NCBI GenBank assembly: GCA_964247055.1
Contig: OZ176052.1
Location: 8,866,001-8,930,000, forward strand
Length of the DNA: 64,000 nucleotides
Source: Paragordius varius
Lineage: Eukaryota; Animalia; Nematomorpha
Direction of reading: 5' to 3'
The position numbers and the translations under genes are program-made. Below the pieces are notes generated by a model. That model searched no databases, was not told the origin of the DNA, and saw only the letters and a program-made list of their open reading frames with translations. The stretch's first letter is position 1; every line of letters begins with the position of its first letter. This document shows positions 38,618-55,454 of this stretch, one piece after another.

Positions 38618-41600
38618 TTATTTTATGATATCGGTAAAATGAATTGGACAAGAATCCAAATATGGTATAATGTTAAGACATGGGTATGTACAAGTGTTTT
38701 CTTTTGCTGTTAAGAACTCTAGTTGTGTAATGTCAGATTTTTCAAGATTTCGATCTTTGGAAGTGATTGTATCCATAAATTTTTTATTAACGTCATTAGT
38801 GATGATACTATTACATGGAATAAATAGTTTTTGTTTAACGTCACAAATTATGTGCCGTTTGCAATAAGGGGAAAATGGTAAAGCCAAGTCCGAGCAAAAT
38901 TCATAATTTTGATACTTTTCTGAATGAGATCGAATGAAAGATGGATCAGGGGTAAGTTGTGTTGTATCCGCAGAAACGGATGTATTGACAAGGCCACCTA
39001 ATTTTTTACATGAAAATAAACGAATAATTTAAGATTGGATTATATATGAGAGACTTGCGCGTACAATTTTATTTGCATAAGGAATAGAATTTTAGAAAAC
39101 AAACAATATTTTATTAAATAGTATCTCACAGTGTGCAACAAATTTACTCAAGATATCATACCTAGCTTAATATAACCCTTGTGACATATACATCTCAAAA
39201 ATATAAGGATAAAAAAAATTGTCAATGTAGAAAATTTTTTTTTCACTTTTTCCATATATGGATATATTCGGAAAAAATCAATTTATTTGCATAATACCTG
39301 ATCAAAAATTATAAAACTTATATATAATATAAATAATATTAAATAAATATTATTTGCAAATTTTGGCTCAATATGAATGGATAGATTTAAAATAAACGTC
39401 AATTTATTAAATCCAACTAAATTTAGCCCTTTATATTAGTAACATAAAAAATACTTGATGAAAATCAATATAATATGCGCCAAAATTTAAGTTTAACTTT
39501 ATATGTTAATATAAATATTACTTATATATAATAAAAATTAGGTTTTAACTAAGTTAAAAATTTTTGAAATTTTTTATTTTACTAAAATAAAATTAAATTT
39601 TTTTAATATCAACTGTAATATAATCATGTCTGGTGATTATAAATATAACCATATGGATTTTTTTACCTGGATTTTTGAATTGTAGATGATATTGACTGTT
39701 GCTTTACCCTGATATGATGGTATATTTTATAATAATTATAGATAATATATTTGGAATTTAGATATAACATTGAAAAACCAATGTAATCCATTGTGAAAAT
39801 CATATTTTAAAGACAAACTTGCTAATCACAAGCAAACATCCACCAGAAAATTATATTTTGATACATTATGTTCATTGTGTAATAAATTAATATATTTAAT
39901 TTTTTTAATATAAAATTGTTTACATGTTTTTATACGAATGTGGGCAAGGTCCATCCAAAGATTTCTATTAGTTTTAATGTTGAGTTCTGCCAAAGAATTG
40001 GTTTCTCTTAGATTATCCATTCTAATGTAAATAATTCCTCCATAGATTGCTTTTTTTGTTATGTTGAGTTATGCCAGTATTCAGGCACATAATTATTTTA
40101 GGTTCATTTAGAAATGTAAAATTTAAAAAAATCTTCTGAATACGGCCAGTTTTTTCTTGAATGATTTTTCAAAATACGGTTTATGGCAAAAGAAAGTGTT
40201 AACGAAGTATACATCAGTTTTACCAAAACTTGGGCTCTAAAAGCTTATTTATGGCCCTGAATTATCAATTAAATTTTATGTCATACTTATTTTTAATATA
40301 AATGTCTGCAAGTTTTTATAGTTATAGTATGTTGCACGGTTCATGAGACAAGATTTTGCAGCCCTTTTAATTTTTTTTTGAATACCATTTCTTCAAATTC
40401 TTATATTTAAATCTTTTAAAAGGTGTTGATAATCATTTTATAAACTATTTTAATCGGGTATTTCATGATTAATATTTTGGCAAAAAGACTTTCTCAATAT
40501 CAAGAACTTTTTCAACGAGTTGAATTTCATATACCCGAAGTAGGATAGGTTGTTTGCGATGGCTTAAGAAGCGCATGATCTAAGAGAAATCAATTCTTTG
40601 GCAGAACTCAACATTAAAACTAATAGAAATCTTTGGATGGACCTTGCCCACATTCGTATAAAAACAAGTAAACAATTTTATATTAAAAAAATTAAATATA
40701 TTAATTTATTACACAATGAACATAATGTATCAAAATATAATTTTCTGGTGGATGTTTGCTTGTGATTAGCAAGTTTGTCTTTAAAATATTATTTTCACAA
40801 TGGATTACATTGGTTTTTCATTGTTATATCTAAATTCCAAATATATTTATCTATAATTATTATAAAATATACCATCATATCAGGGTAAAGCAACAGTCAA
40901 TATCATCTACAATTCAAAAATCCAGGTAAAAAAATCCATATGGTTATATTTATAATCACCAGACATGATTATATTACAGTTGATATTAAAAAAATTTAAT
41001 TTTATTTTAGTAAAATAAAAAATTTCAAAAATTTTTAACTTAGTTAAAACCTAATTTTTATTATATATAAGTAATATTTACATTAACATATAAAGTTAAA
41101 CTTAAATTTTGGCGCATATTATATTGATTTTCATCAAGTATTTTTTATGTTACTAATATAAAGGGCTGAATTTAGTTGGATTTAATAAATTGACGTTTAT
41201 TTTGAATCTATCCATTCATATTGAGCCAAAATTTGCAAATAATATTTATTTAATATTATTTATATTATATATAAGTTTTATAATTTTTGATCAAGTATTA
41301 AGCAAATAAATTGATTTTTTCCGAATATATCCATATATGGTAAAAGTGAAAAAAAAATTTTCTACATTGATAATTTTTTTTATCCTTATATTTTTAGGAT
41401 GTCTATGTCACAACGGTCATATTAAGCTTAATATAATATCCTGAGAAAATAAATACCCCCAATTTTGCACACTGTGTCTTACGAATTTATATAAATTAAA
41501 GTTGTTTTGAGGCCTATTTGTATGAAACAACCGTGTATACAAATTTGCTAAGATATATAAATAAAATCATAGTTATAAAAATTATGTGTTGTAATATACC

Positions 41601-42316
41601 ATAACTTTTGGTTCGCTTCTTTATTTTCGACGACCTTTTAGATTTAATAGTAGCAGTGCCATCTCTGTTTTGAATTTCATTAGTTAACAAATTTCTAACA
41701 AATTGACACCGCGTGCTTTTAATAGAATTGCCGACAGTTAGTGTGGAAGATGAGAGGTTAAGGGAATGAGTTTGAAATAAAAAATTATTATATTTTTTCC
41801 GAAAATATTTTTGGTTATTTGAAAAAAGATTAGAGAACTGCCAACGACGTAACCGAGATCTCATTATAAAATCGCCAACTTTCCCGGATGGACGATGGTA
41901 TTTTCTATACTTTTTGGGTATGGTTTGTTCATCCGGTAAATCTTAATGAATAAAAAATATATATTTATAAAGAGGTCGTTTAATCAATAAATACTATTGT
42001 ATGACAAAAACTTAAGTAATATTTCTACACATTACTTATTAAATCTGGCTTACATATGATTTGCAAAATATATTTCTATCGCATCTCATGCCGCCCCTTG
42101 TTTAAATAATAAACATATATTGAGACAATAGTTATGGGAATATAAATAAAACATACTTTCCGTTTGTTTTTTCATTACCAAATAGCTTGCATGATAATCT
42201 TGTTTTAAAGAATTCATTTCGTTAATGTATTCAGTTCTAAGTTGTTCCATCTTTTCAAGCAAAAGCGATGAAGCTTCTTCTGCAGTAACAATTAAGCGAT
42301 CCGCCGATAGAGACAT
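38618..42316 (-). CDS. Unidentified protein with an N-terminal coiled-coil-like segment, 3 exons, ~290 aa
   Basis: Exons 42316-42157 (donor GTATGT), 41941-41600 and 38997-38618 join in phase 1/1 into one open frame and link three separate ORF-track fragments. The N-terminus MSLSADRLIVTAEEASSLLLEKMEQLRTEYINEMNSLKQDYHASY looks helical. No family recognised. Confidence 0.6.
39127..41476. mobile_element. 2350-bp CAC-ended element with ~890-bp inverted arms and 3-bp TSD (TCT)
   Basis: The left arm 39127-~40016 is the reverse complement of the right arm ~40575-41476, with a spacer of ~560 bp. Termini are CACAGTGTGCAA / TTGCACACTGTG, with TCT on both flanks (39124-39126, 41477-41479). Confidence 0.88.
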
Positions 42317-42373
42317 TTAAATTCAAATAAAATATTTATTCATGCATTGAGCACATGTTCAAAAATATGTGAT
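42317..42373. promoter_or_regulatory. 57-bp spacer between the divergent orphan gene and SC5D start codons
   Basis: ATG at 42316 (-) is immediately preceded by an in-frame TAA. ATG at 42374 (+) matches the conserved SC5D start MDLVL. Confidence 0.45.
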
Positions 42374-43884
42374 ATGGATTTGGTCCTTAATATTTGTGAT
42401 AACTACTTTTTGACCCCTTATATATATCCACCAAATTTTTTACCTCACAATATATGGAGACAAATTATATCACTAACATTTGTAGTCAATTTGGGCGCAA
42501 TTCTATTATATATATCTACTGCAACTATAAGCTACTTTTTTATTTTTGATAAATCACTGATGAAACATCCATTGTTTCTTAAGGTATATACAGTTTTTAT
42601 TACAGAATCAAGTTTATCTTGAAATATCATATGCTCTTGGGTCAATACCTTTTATGAGCATGCCTACGATCGTAATATTTTTGTTGGAAGTCCGTGGTTA
42701 CAGCAAATTGTATGATGACTTTAGCGAATCTCAATTTGGTAAATTTTAAGTGTGTAATAAATTTTAAGGTTACTTTAGTATAGTGTTTGAAACAGTTACA
42801 TTTATCTTATTTACGGATTGTTTTATATATTGGATACATCGATGGCTCCACATACCTTGGATCTATCGACGCTTTCATAAACAACATCATTTGTATAAAA
42901 TTACGACACCGTTTGCAAGTCATGCATTTCATCCCCTTGATGGATTTTCTCAAAGCTTACCTTATCACATTTACCCATTTTTGTTTCCGCTAAATAAACT
43001 TACATATTTGGGTTTGTTTGTGGCCGTAAACATTTGGACAATTAGTATTCATGATGGGGCTTACGGGGTCCCCACTTGGCTTAAACCGTTTGTTAATGGA
43101 TCGGCTCATCACACTGATCATCACATGTATTACCGCTATAACTATGGGCAATTCTTTACGCTCTGGGATAGGTTAATTTTTATTTCAATCCTTTTTTTGC
43201 ACGTTCGTTCGAAAGAAATAGTTTTTAATATGTAAATATAATTTTTAATTTTTTTCAATAATACAATTGTTTTATAAAAAAACAATATTTTGAGTTCAGT
43301 CATTCCTTGTTGTGGCTTTTTCCAGGGTGACTCATTTTTATTTCTGTTTGGAAAAATTGTCTTTTTTAAACAATTCTATAAACCTGCATAAAAGCACACA
43401 ACTAATTCTATTTTCATTGAAATTAAATGAGTTAATTAACGCTTTTTAAGCCATTTTTATCGATGTTTAAAAAAAATTATGCGGATTATCTTTTGAAAAA
43501 AATATTTTCATTATGCCGACTAATGTTTTAGTGATTATCTCAATTTAATAATATTCTTTTCAAAAAAATTTCGAGGTTTTCTAACTTGTATAAAAAGCGT
43601 TTTCCTATATTTTTTATAACAGAATTGGTGGATCATTTCGGACCCCGACATCATTTTTAGGTAATGGACCAGCTGATTATGTAAAGCGCCAAATGGAAAA
43701 AGCATTATCTTTGGATAAAAATACTGAAAAATTGCAAGATTCAACGCATGAAACAAATAGTATTTTGTTAAATGGACATTCACATCATACGAACGAACAA
43801 AATGGTTCTCTAGGTTTAAGAGCGCGTAAACATGTATTAGAAAACAATGGATTTATTCATTTCAAAACTCGAGTCGAAAATTAA
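42374..43884 (+). CDS. SC5D: Lathosterol oxidase / sterol C5-desaturase, 4 exons
   Basis: Exons 42374-42583, 42606-42738, 42769-43171, 43623-43884 (introns 22, 30, 451 nt). Spliced protein: [19 protein letters not shown]...KHPLFLK|NQVYLEI...[13 protein letters not shown]...FG|YF...YWIHRWLH...HKQHH...[13 protein letters not shown]...HTDHH...[11 protein letters not shown]|IGGSF. All three His boxes are intact. Confidence 0.95.
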
Positions 43885-45518
43885 ATATTGCAATACATTT
43901 TTTTAAAAACGGTGTAGTATAGCTAATCCATTGCTTTGCAAATCTTATGCAATATGATGTAGTTATTTAATATTTTGTTTTATAGCTTAGTGTATTTTTA
44001 ACCAATATTGCTCAGTTTTTCTTATTTGACCATTTCTACATTATTCAATCAATTGTGCAACTTCTATATAAATTAATTTTCAGTGTAAAATATATTTTAA
44101 CTGTAATTTTGTATTCACGCAAACTTAAATTGTATAACAAACAAACTTTTTGGACACGTAGAAATGCAATAAAACATGGTTTTATAATCAAAAACATTTT
44201 TTTGTAATTTTATGCTAACATTTTTTTCTTTATAAAAAGTGATATCATTTTTATGTTAAAAGCCAAAACCTTTGCATTTATCCATTTAATAATTATTTTG
44301 GCTCATTTCATTGTTAAATTTTATCTTTGTCCTATTTATATATATATTTTATACATCCAAATCTATGATGTATCTTAGTGCCAATGTGTATCATGTGCAT
44401 CATTTTTAACGTAAATTATGAAAGTTATATAAACTTTATATCTATTTACTCAAATATGACATTGAATTAGTTTTATCTTTTTGAGATGAGTGGTTTACAA
44501 TCATCAGATGTATAGATGCTTTGCCAAAAATGCCAAGTTGGATCAAGTAAAAATATGGAATATTGTATGGAAATATAATTTATTTAGCATTTTAACAACA
44601 ATAGTGCAGTTTATTTTAATAATATAATAAAATTGCATTAGTTTAAACGGTATCGTTGTCAGGAACCGGGACATTAGAATATGAGTTGAATATGCATGAA
44701 GTAGAATTTATGATAGGGTGCGTTGATTGGTATGGTTGATAGTATGGAGAATAATAGGCATGATGATAATTATCTGTAAAAATAATATTATATAAATTAA
44801 ATTTCGATAAAAAGATATGATGTAAAATGTTTAAAATGCCACTATATATAATATAGTAATTTCATTTTAGTTTGATTTCAGGTGGAAGTATCCACCATTA
44901 ATAATGTCCCCTGACCCCCTTAATATCTTTTTTAAAAGCGAATGCTGTATCATACACAGATTTATTAATTATGTCTTTGTTTTTAGTACAACAAAGTTAC
45001 GTGCGCCTTTCCTCAACAATTTTGAGCCATAATTTTAAAAAAAAATATATGTTTGAATTAAAAAGAATTAAATTTTTATTTTTTAGGATGACGCGCCCCA
45101 TATACTTATTTTCACAAATAGGTTAATTTTATTTTAGATGATTCGATCAGTCAATGTGTAGTTTAAAAAATATGCTAGAAATTTAGCTGAAACTTATATT
45201 TTTTGAATTTTGATATATCTCAACGTGTAATTGGACCAAAATTTTAGAGCGGATTTAAGATATATAGAGAAAAGGTGAAAATGTTGCAATTTTTCATAAT
45301 AATCTTGTAATCCATATTTCGATTAACTAAAGATTTATCCCCTCAAAGATCGAATTTGTTTGTCATCACCATTTTTCTCCATAAGGTTTTAGTGTTTATT
45401 CAAAAACAGTAGTGGAAGTAACTAGGCATCATTTTAACGTTTTCATTCTTCAAAAAACCTATACGCTCAAACAAAATTTTGTTTTGTTAAAATTATTTTT
45501 GAGTCATAAACGAGAATA

Positions 45519-46665
45519 TAGGTGTAGGCATAAGTTTTTATCGGTTTTTTGGTATACCCACATTTAATTTTGGAAATTAATTATTTATTTTTATTTTAAT
45601 TACATCGGCTACTACACAATTTTCTCATCTCTTAGGTAATATATGAATGCTGTGCCAGAAAAACTAATTGACATTTGCGGCAAACCATTCGTCAAGCCAT
45701 TTTCCAACGACTCTGAAATTATGGAAGTGCTGCCATGCAAGGGTGTGCCCCATTGATGCAAAGTTGTATTAGTCAGATGACGCCTGGCCAAGAGTGTTCA
45801 GCGTAATACGAAGATATGTAAATCACTTTGCCATTTTTCTGGGTCATTCTGGTTCTTTTTCGAAGAATGCATGGTTTTAGTTAAGTTTTTGTTAGCGATG
45901 TGTTATGTATTAACAATTTCACGGGCTTCAAAAGTTTAAAATACACCACGCTCTGGTCCCAGCAGACACAAACCATGATTTTTTTGCCAAAGAATTATCC
46001 TTAATATAGATGGAACGTGGCAAGGTGAAAGACATGATTTTTCCGCTTTGAATTTCAAAATAAAGCCATTATGTGTTCATTAAAATTATTTCTTTTCACG
46101 ACGTTAAAGTAGGATACAAGTTATATTGCTATTTTCGATTCGACGTTCATCTATGTTTCGTATCCTTTTAACAAGTTTATTGCCTTTTCCATTGCTCGTG
46201 GACATCTCCTTATAGATTTTTGTGAAACATGTGATGCTTGTGCCAATTGTTAAGTTTGAGTTAGGTCATCATCCAATGACTCTTAAACTTTAGCCTCCTC
46301 GAAGTTATGTGGTCTACCAGAGCGCCCATATTCTTCCATATGAAATCACATATGATATTTTGAAACCATGTTTAATATGTGATGAATGATAAAGCATGGT
46401 TCACACCATATGTTTTTGCCAAAAAACGATAACTTTCAGCAGCATTTTTTTGATCGTCAATGCATGCCGCAAATGTCATTTTCGGCTAAATTCGACATGA
46501 TTATTGAATGATTAAAAAAGCTTAGTTTTTGATACACTCAACTTGAGTGTGTTCGTAGTTTAATGTAAGATCAGCAAAAAGGGGTCTGTATCATAGCAAT
46601 CGCGTGGCTACTTTTGATTGACATCTTCTTTCATTTAAACCGGTTATGCATTATGACTATACCTG
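45519..46665 (-). mobile_element. Decayed mariner (Mos1-like) transposon with pseudogenised transposase (~46498-45595)
   Basis: Broken translation KKNAAESYRFLAKTYG...WFQ...GRP..FEEA...LDDDLTQT*QLA...VCVCWDQS.VYFKLLKP...FASMGHTLAWQHF...GKWLDEWFAA...FFWHSIHILPKR aligns with Mos1. Degenerate 28-bp TIRs (20/28 identical) lie at 45520 and 46664. Confidence 0.85.
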
Positions 46666-47083
46666 GTCAAGGTTTCTCACGCACTTTCGCTTTTTTGATT
46701 ATATTAAAAAGCATTAGTCCATTTTAACGGATTTTAACACTGTAAGAGTTTTGGAGCTTATATAAAAATAAAAGTTAATCCATTTTTTGCTGCTAAAATA
46801 GATAATATTACAATTATTTTGATTTCAAACCTTATATTTCCACCATAGAAACTTTGGAATGACCATAATACTAAAAACAATTTTTTTAGACTCGTAGGCC
46901 TGAAACTAAAGGCGAAGAAACCTGGTATATATCTCTATCAGATCAAATTTTTAGCATGAGCCCCAAATTTTTGCTCCCTGTAGATGTGTTGTCAACATAT
47001 TTTACCTTATTGAATTGGTTAAAAGAAAACGGGCTAATCAAAATTATAAATGATTTTATATGACCAAAGTAATTTCTTTGTTT

Positions 47084-52795
<5,712 letters not shown>

Positions 52796-53689
52796 TCATT
52801 TAATGAAAAAAACCGAATAATCTGATTTATTTTTAAAATTCTTTTAAATTGTATTTTAATTAGAAAATAATTATAATACCAAATATTTTTCTAAAAAACC
52901 ATAATATTTTGTCATTTTAGAGTAACATTCAGATTATATGGAAAATTTTTATCATTAACAACGAATCTTTTCTAACTACAAGAGAATGTGTTTAAAATTT
53001 GTTTATTTCGTTTTTCTAATTATCAGAAGTGTTTGCTTTGAAACCTATAGTTTGATTAACTCATTTTTTATGACCTCCTGGTTAGTGGCGATTTTTAAAG
53101 GCTTTGAAAGAGAGTTTTCTGAAAGTAATGTGGTTTTCAAACCTATGGTTTTCATTTGTGTGGAATTTGATCCTGTTAAAATGCATCCTGAAGCTAAAAA
53201 AAATTTAAAATTCGAACTTTAATTAAATCATCAAGATTTGTTAACAACGTATTTAATTCTATTTTTTTCCGCGCGTGACAATAACAATCTGGTAAAAATA
53301 CTATTTTTGAGCTACTAAAAACTATTTTAACATGGCGCTTTTAATTCCTTTTTTAAAATAAAAAAGATTTTTGAACCACTGTGTTGAGGCCATTTTGATG
53401 ATATTAAAAACTTCAATTTCCCATAAACGTTTTAAATTTCTCATTAAAATCATTAATTATAAATTTCGGGTTAGTGGTATTTTTTTGTGGGGATAATAAC
53501 TTTTTTTTATATTAACACGAAGTTGCCATATTGGATTACCAAAAATACATAAGTTTTTCAGAAGCGGAAATTTTTGAGGAAAATCGATAAGTGAAAAAAG
53601 GAAAATTAAATGTTACAGGAGTGAAGTTTTAAGGTTAATATGAAATATCAGTAATAAAAATAATGATCATTTACCTCTTTTGTTTGATA

Positions 53690-55430
53690 TCTATATATTC
53701 AAAAAAATGGAAAGTGGTGGCTTTGTGATCTGTTTCCGGAAAACCGGTAGATCCATTCAAATCCAAATGTCGAAAAAATATAATCTTTAATGAATGCCCC
53801 GACAATAGCTTCGCCCTTTTTTGAAATGGGCCCCCAGTTCGGGCCCACCCCATGTGAAAAACGGGTTTTTTTTGAAAACAGAAGTCCACAAAAATCGTGT
53901 CTTTGAGACAATTTTCTGGAGAACGTGTTGGATCATTCAATTTTAAATATGATTTTTATTTAATTATTTTCGATTGCGCCGAACATAGTCGTCTCGCTTT
54001 TTTGATTTAGGCCCTCTTTTTACCTGCTCCCCCGTAAAATGCAATTTTTTTCAAAAAACAAAGTCCACAAAAATAATTTTTTAAATCTATTAATTGCCCT
54101 AGGTATGAGACCGTAAAAATTCAATATGGATTCCACGTATTCCCTGTTAAAAGGCAAAAACTTTATTCAAGCGTTTCTTTGATGATAGCTGCTGGGTAAA
54201 GAGCTACCCGCTAACAACTGATTCCTCATGTAACTTTGTGATCTGTTTCCGGAAAACCGGTGAACCCAATCAAATCCAAATATCGAAATATAATCATTAA
54301 TAAATGCCCCGACAATAGCTTCGCCCTTTTTTTGAATTAGGCCCCCAGTTCGGGCCCATCCCGTGTAAAAAACGGTATTTTTTTGAAAACAGAAGTTCAC
54401 AAAAATCGTGTCGTAGAGACAATTTTCCGGAAAACGTATTTGATTTCAAATATGATTTTTTTACTTTTTTTCGATTGCGCCGAACATAGTCGGCTCGCTT
54501 TTTCAATTAAGGCCTTCTTTTTACCCGCTCCCCCCGTAAAATACCATTTTTTTAAAAAAAACAAAGTTCACAAAAATAATTTTTGAATCTATTTTTCGCC
54601 CAATGAGACCGTAAAGAGTCAATGAGGATTCAAGGTATTCCCTGTTAAAAGGCAAAAGTTTTAGTCGAGCGTTTCTTTTATATTGGCTGCCGGGAAGGAG
54701 ACACATGCTAAAAACTGGCCCGTCATATCGAAATAGCGTGCATTTGGGGCTAAAATTCAGACAACTTATCAGGCCATATGATTTCAATGGCTGCTTAAAA
54801 TATTACCTGTAACAAGGCTAAAATTTTGGCCGCGCCGTATTTCAAAATTAGCCGTTAATTAGGCCCTTCATGCTCTGAAAATGCGCCACCATAGAATGAT
54901 TTTTTAGTGCGGCAATTTTTCCAAAAACCAATGAGAGCATATGAAATCCATGATAATACTAAATATTCCCCATATAAAGGCAAAAATTTTGCCCAACGCT
55001 TTTTTATACCTGCCCCTGGGTAGGGACTTACCCGCCAAAAACTGCGCCATTACTTAGAAATTGCGTTGTTTTGGAGCTAATTTAAAGAAAATTTATGGAA
55101 CTATATGAGCTCATTAAAAGCTTGAGTTATTACCCGTATTTAGGTAAAAACCAAGGTCAGACGTTTTTTATTAGCCGTAATGCCCTAAAAATACGCCATC
55201 ATATAACGATTATTTAGTGTAGACGTATTTTTTCGAATAACTAATGAGATGATGGTATCAAAAATGATTCCAAATATTTGCCCTATAAAGTCAAAGAATT
55301 TAACTCAGCGCTTTTTCCATATAATTGGTAGGGGTCTACCGGTTTAAAACGGAGACGTCATACAAAAATGGCGTGGTTTCGGAGCTAATTTTCAAAAAAC
55401 TTAAGAAGCCATTTAGGTTTAGTTAAACAC
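53690..55430 (+). repeat. Composite tandem array of the 6858 repeat family (copies B and C plus degenerate ~320-bp units)
   Basis: CTTTGTGATCTGTTTCCGGAAAACCGG recurs at 53721 and 54234 (513-bp period). A GG(G/A)GCTAA anchor recurs at 54746, 55073 and 55381. Confidence 0.8.
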
Positions 55431-55454
55431 ATTTCTAGGGAATTTGTATAAAAT

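Noticed and set aside
42584-42593. 10-nt in-frame alternative intron (GTATATACAG) in SC5D
   Set aside because: It would insert FLLQ into the conserved FLK-NQV junction and is below any known spliceosomal minimum. The 22-nt intron fits the homology.
53671-54787. Cluster of 67-89 aa ORFs (and 7032-7419)
   Set aside because: All fall in copies of one repeat family, their frames and stops differ between copies, and no Rep/helicase or transposase motif is present.
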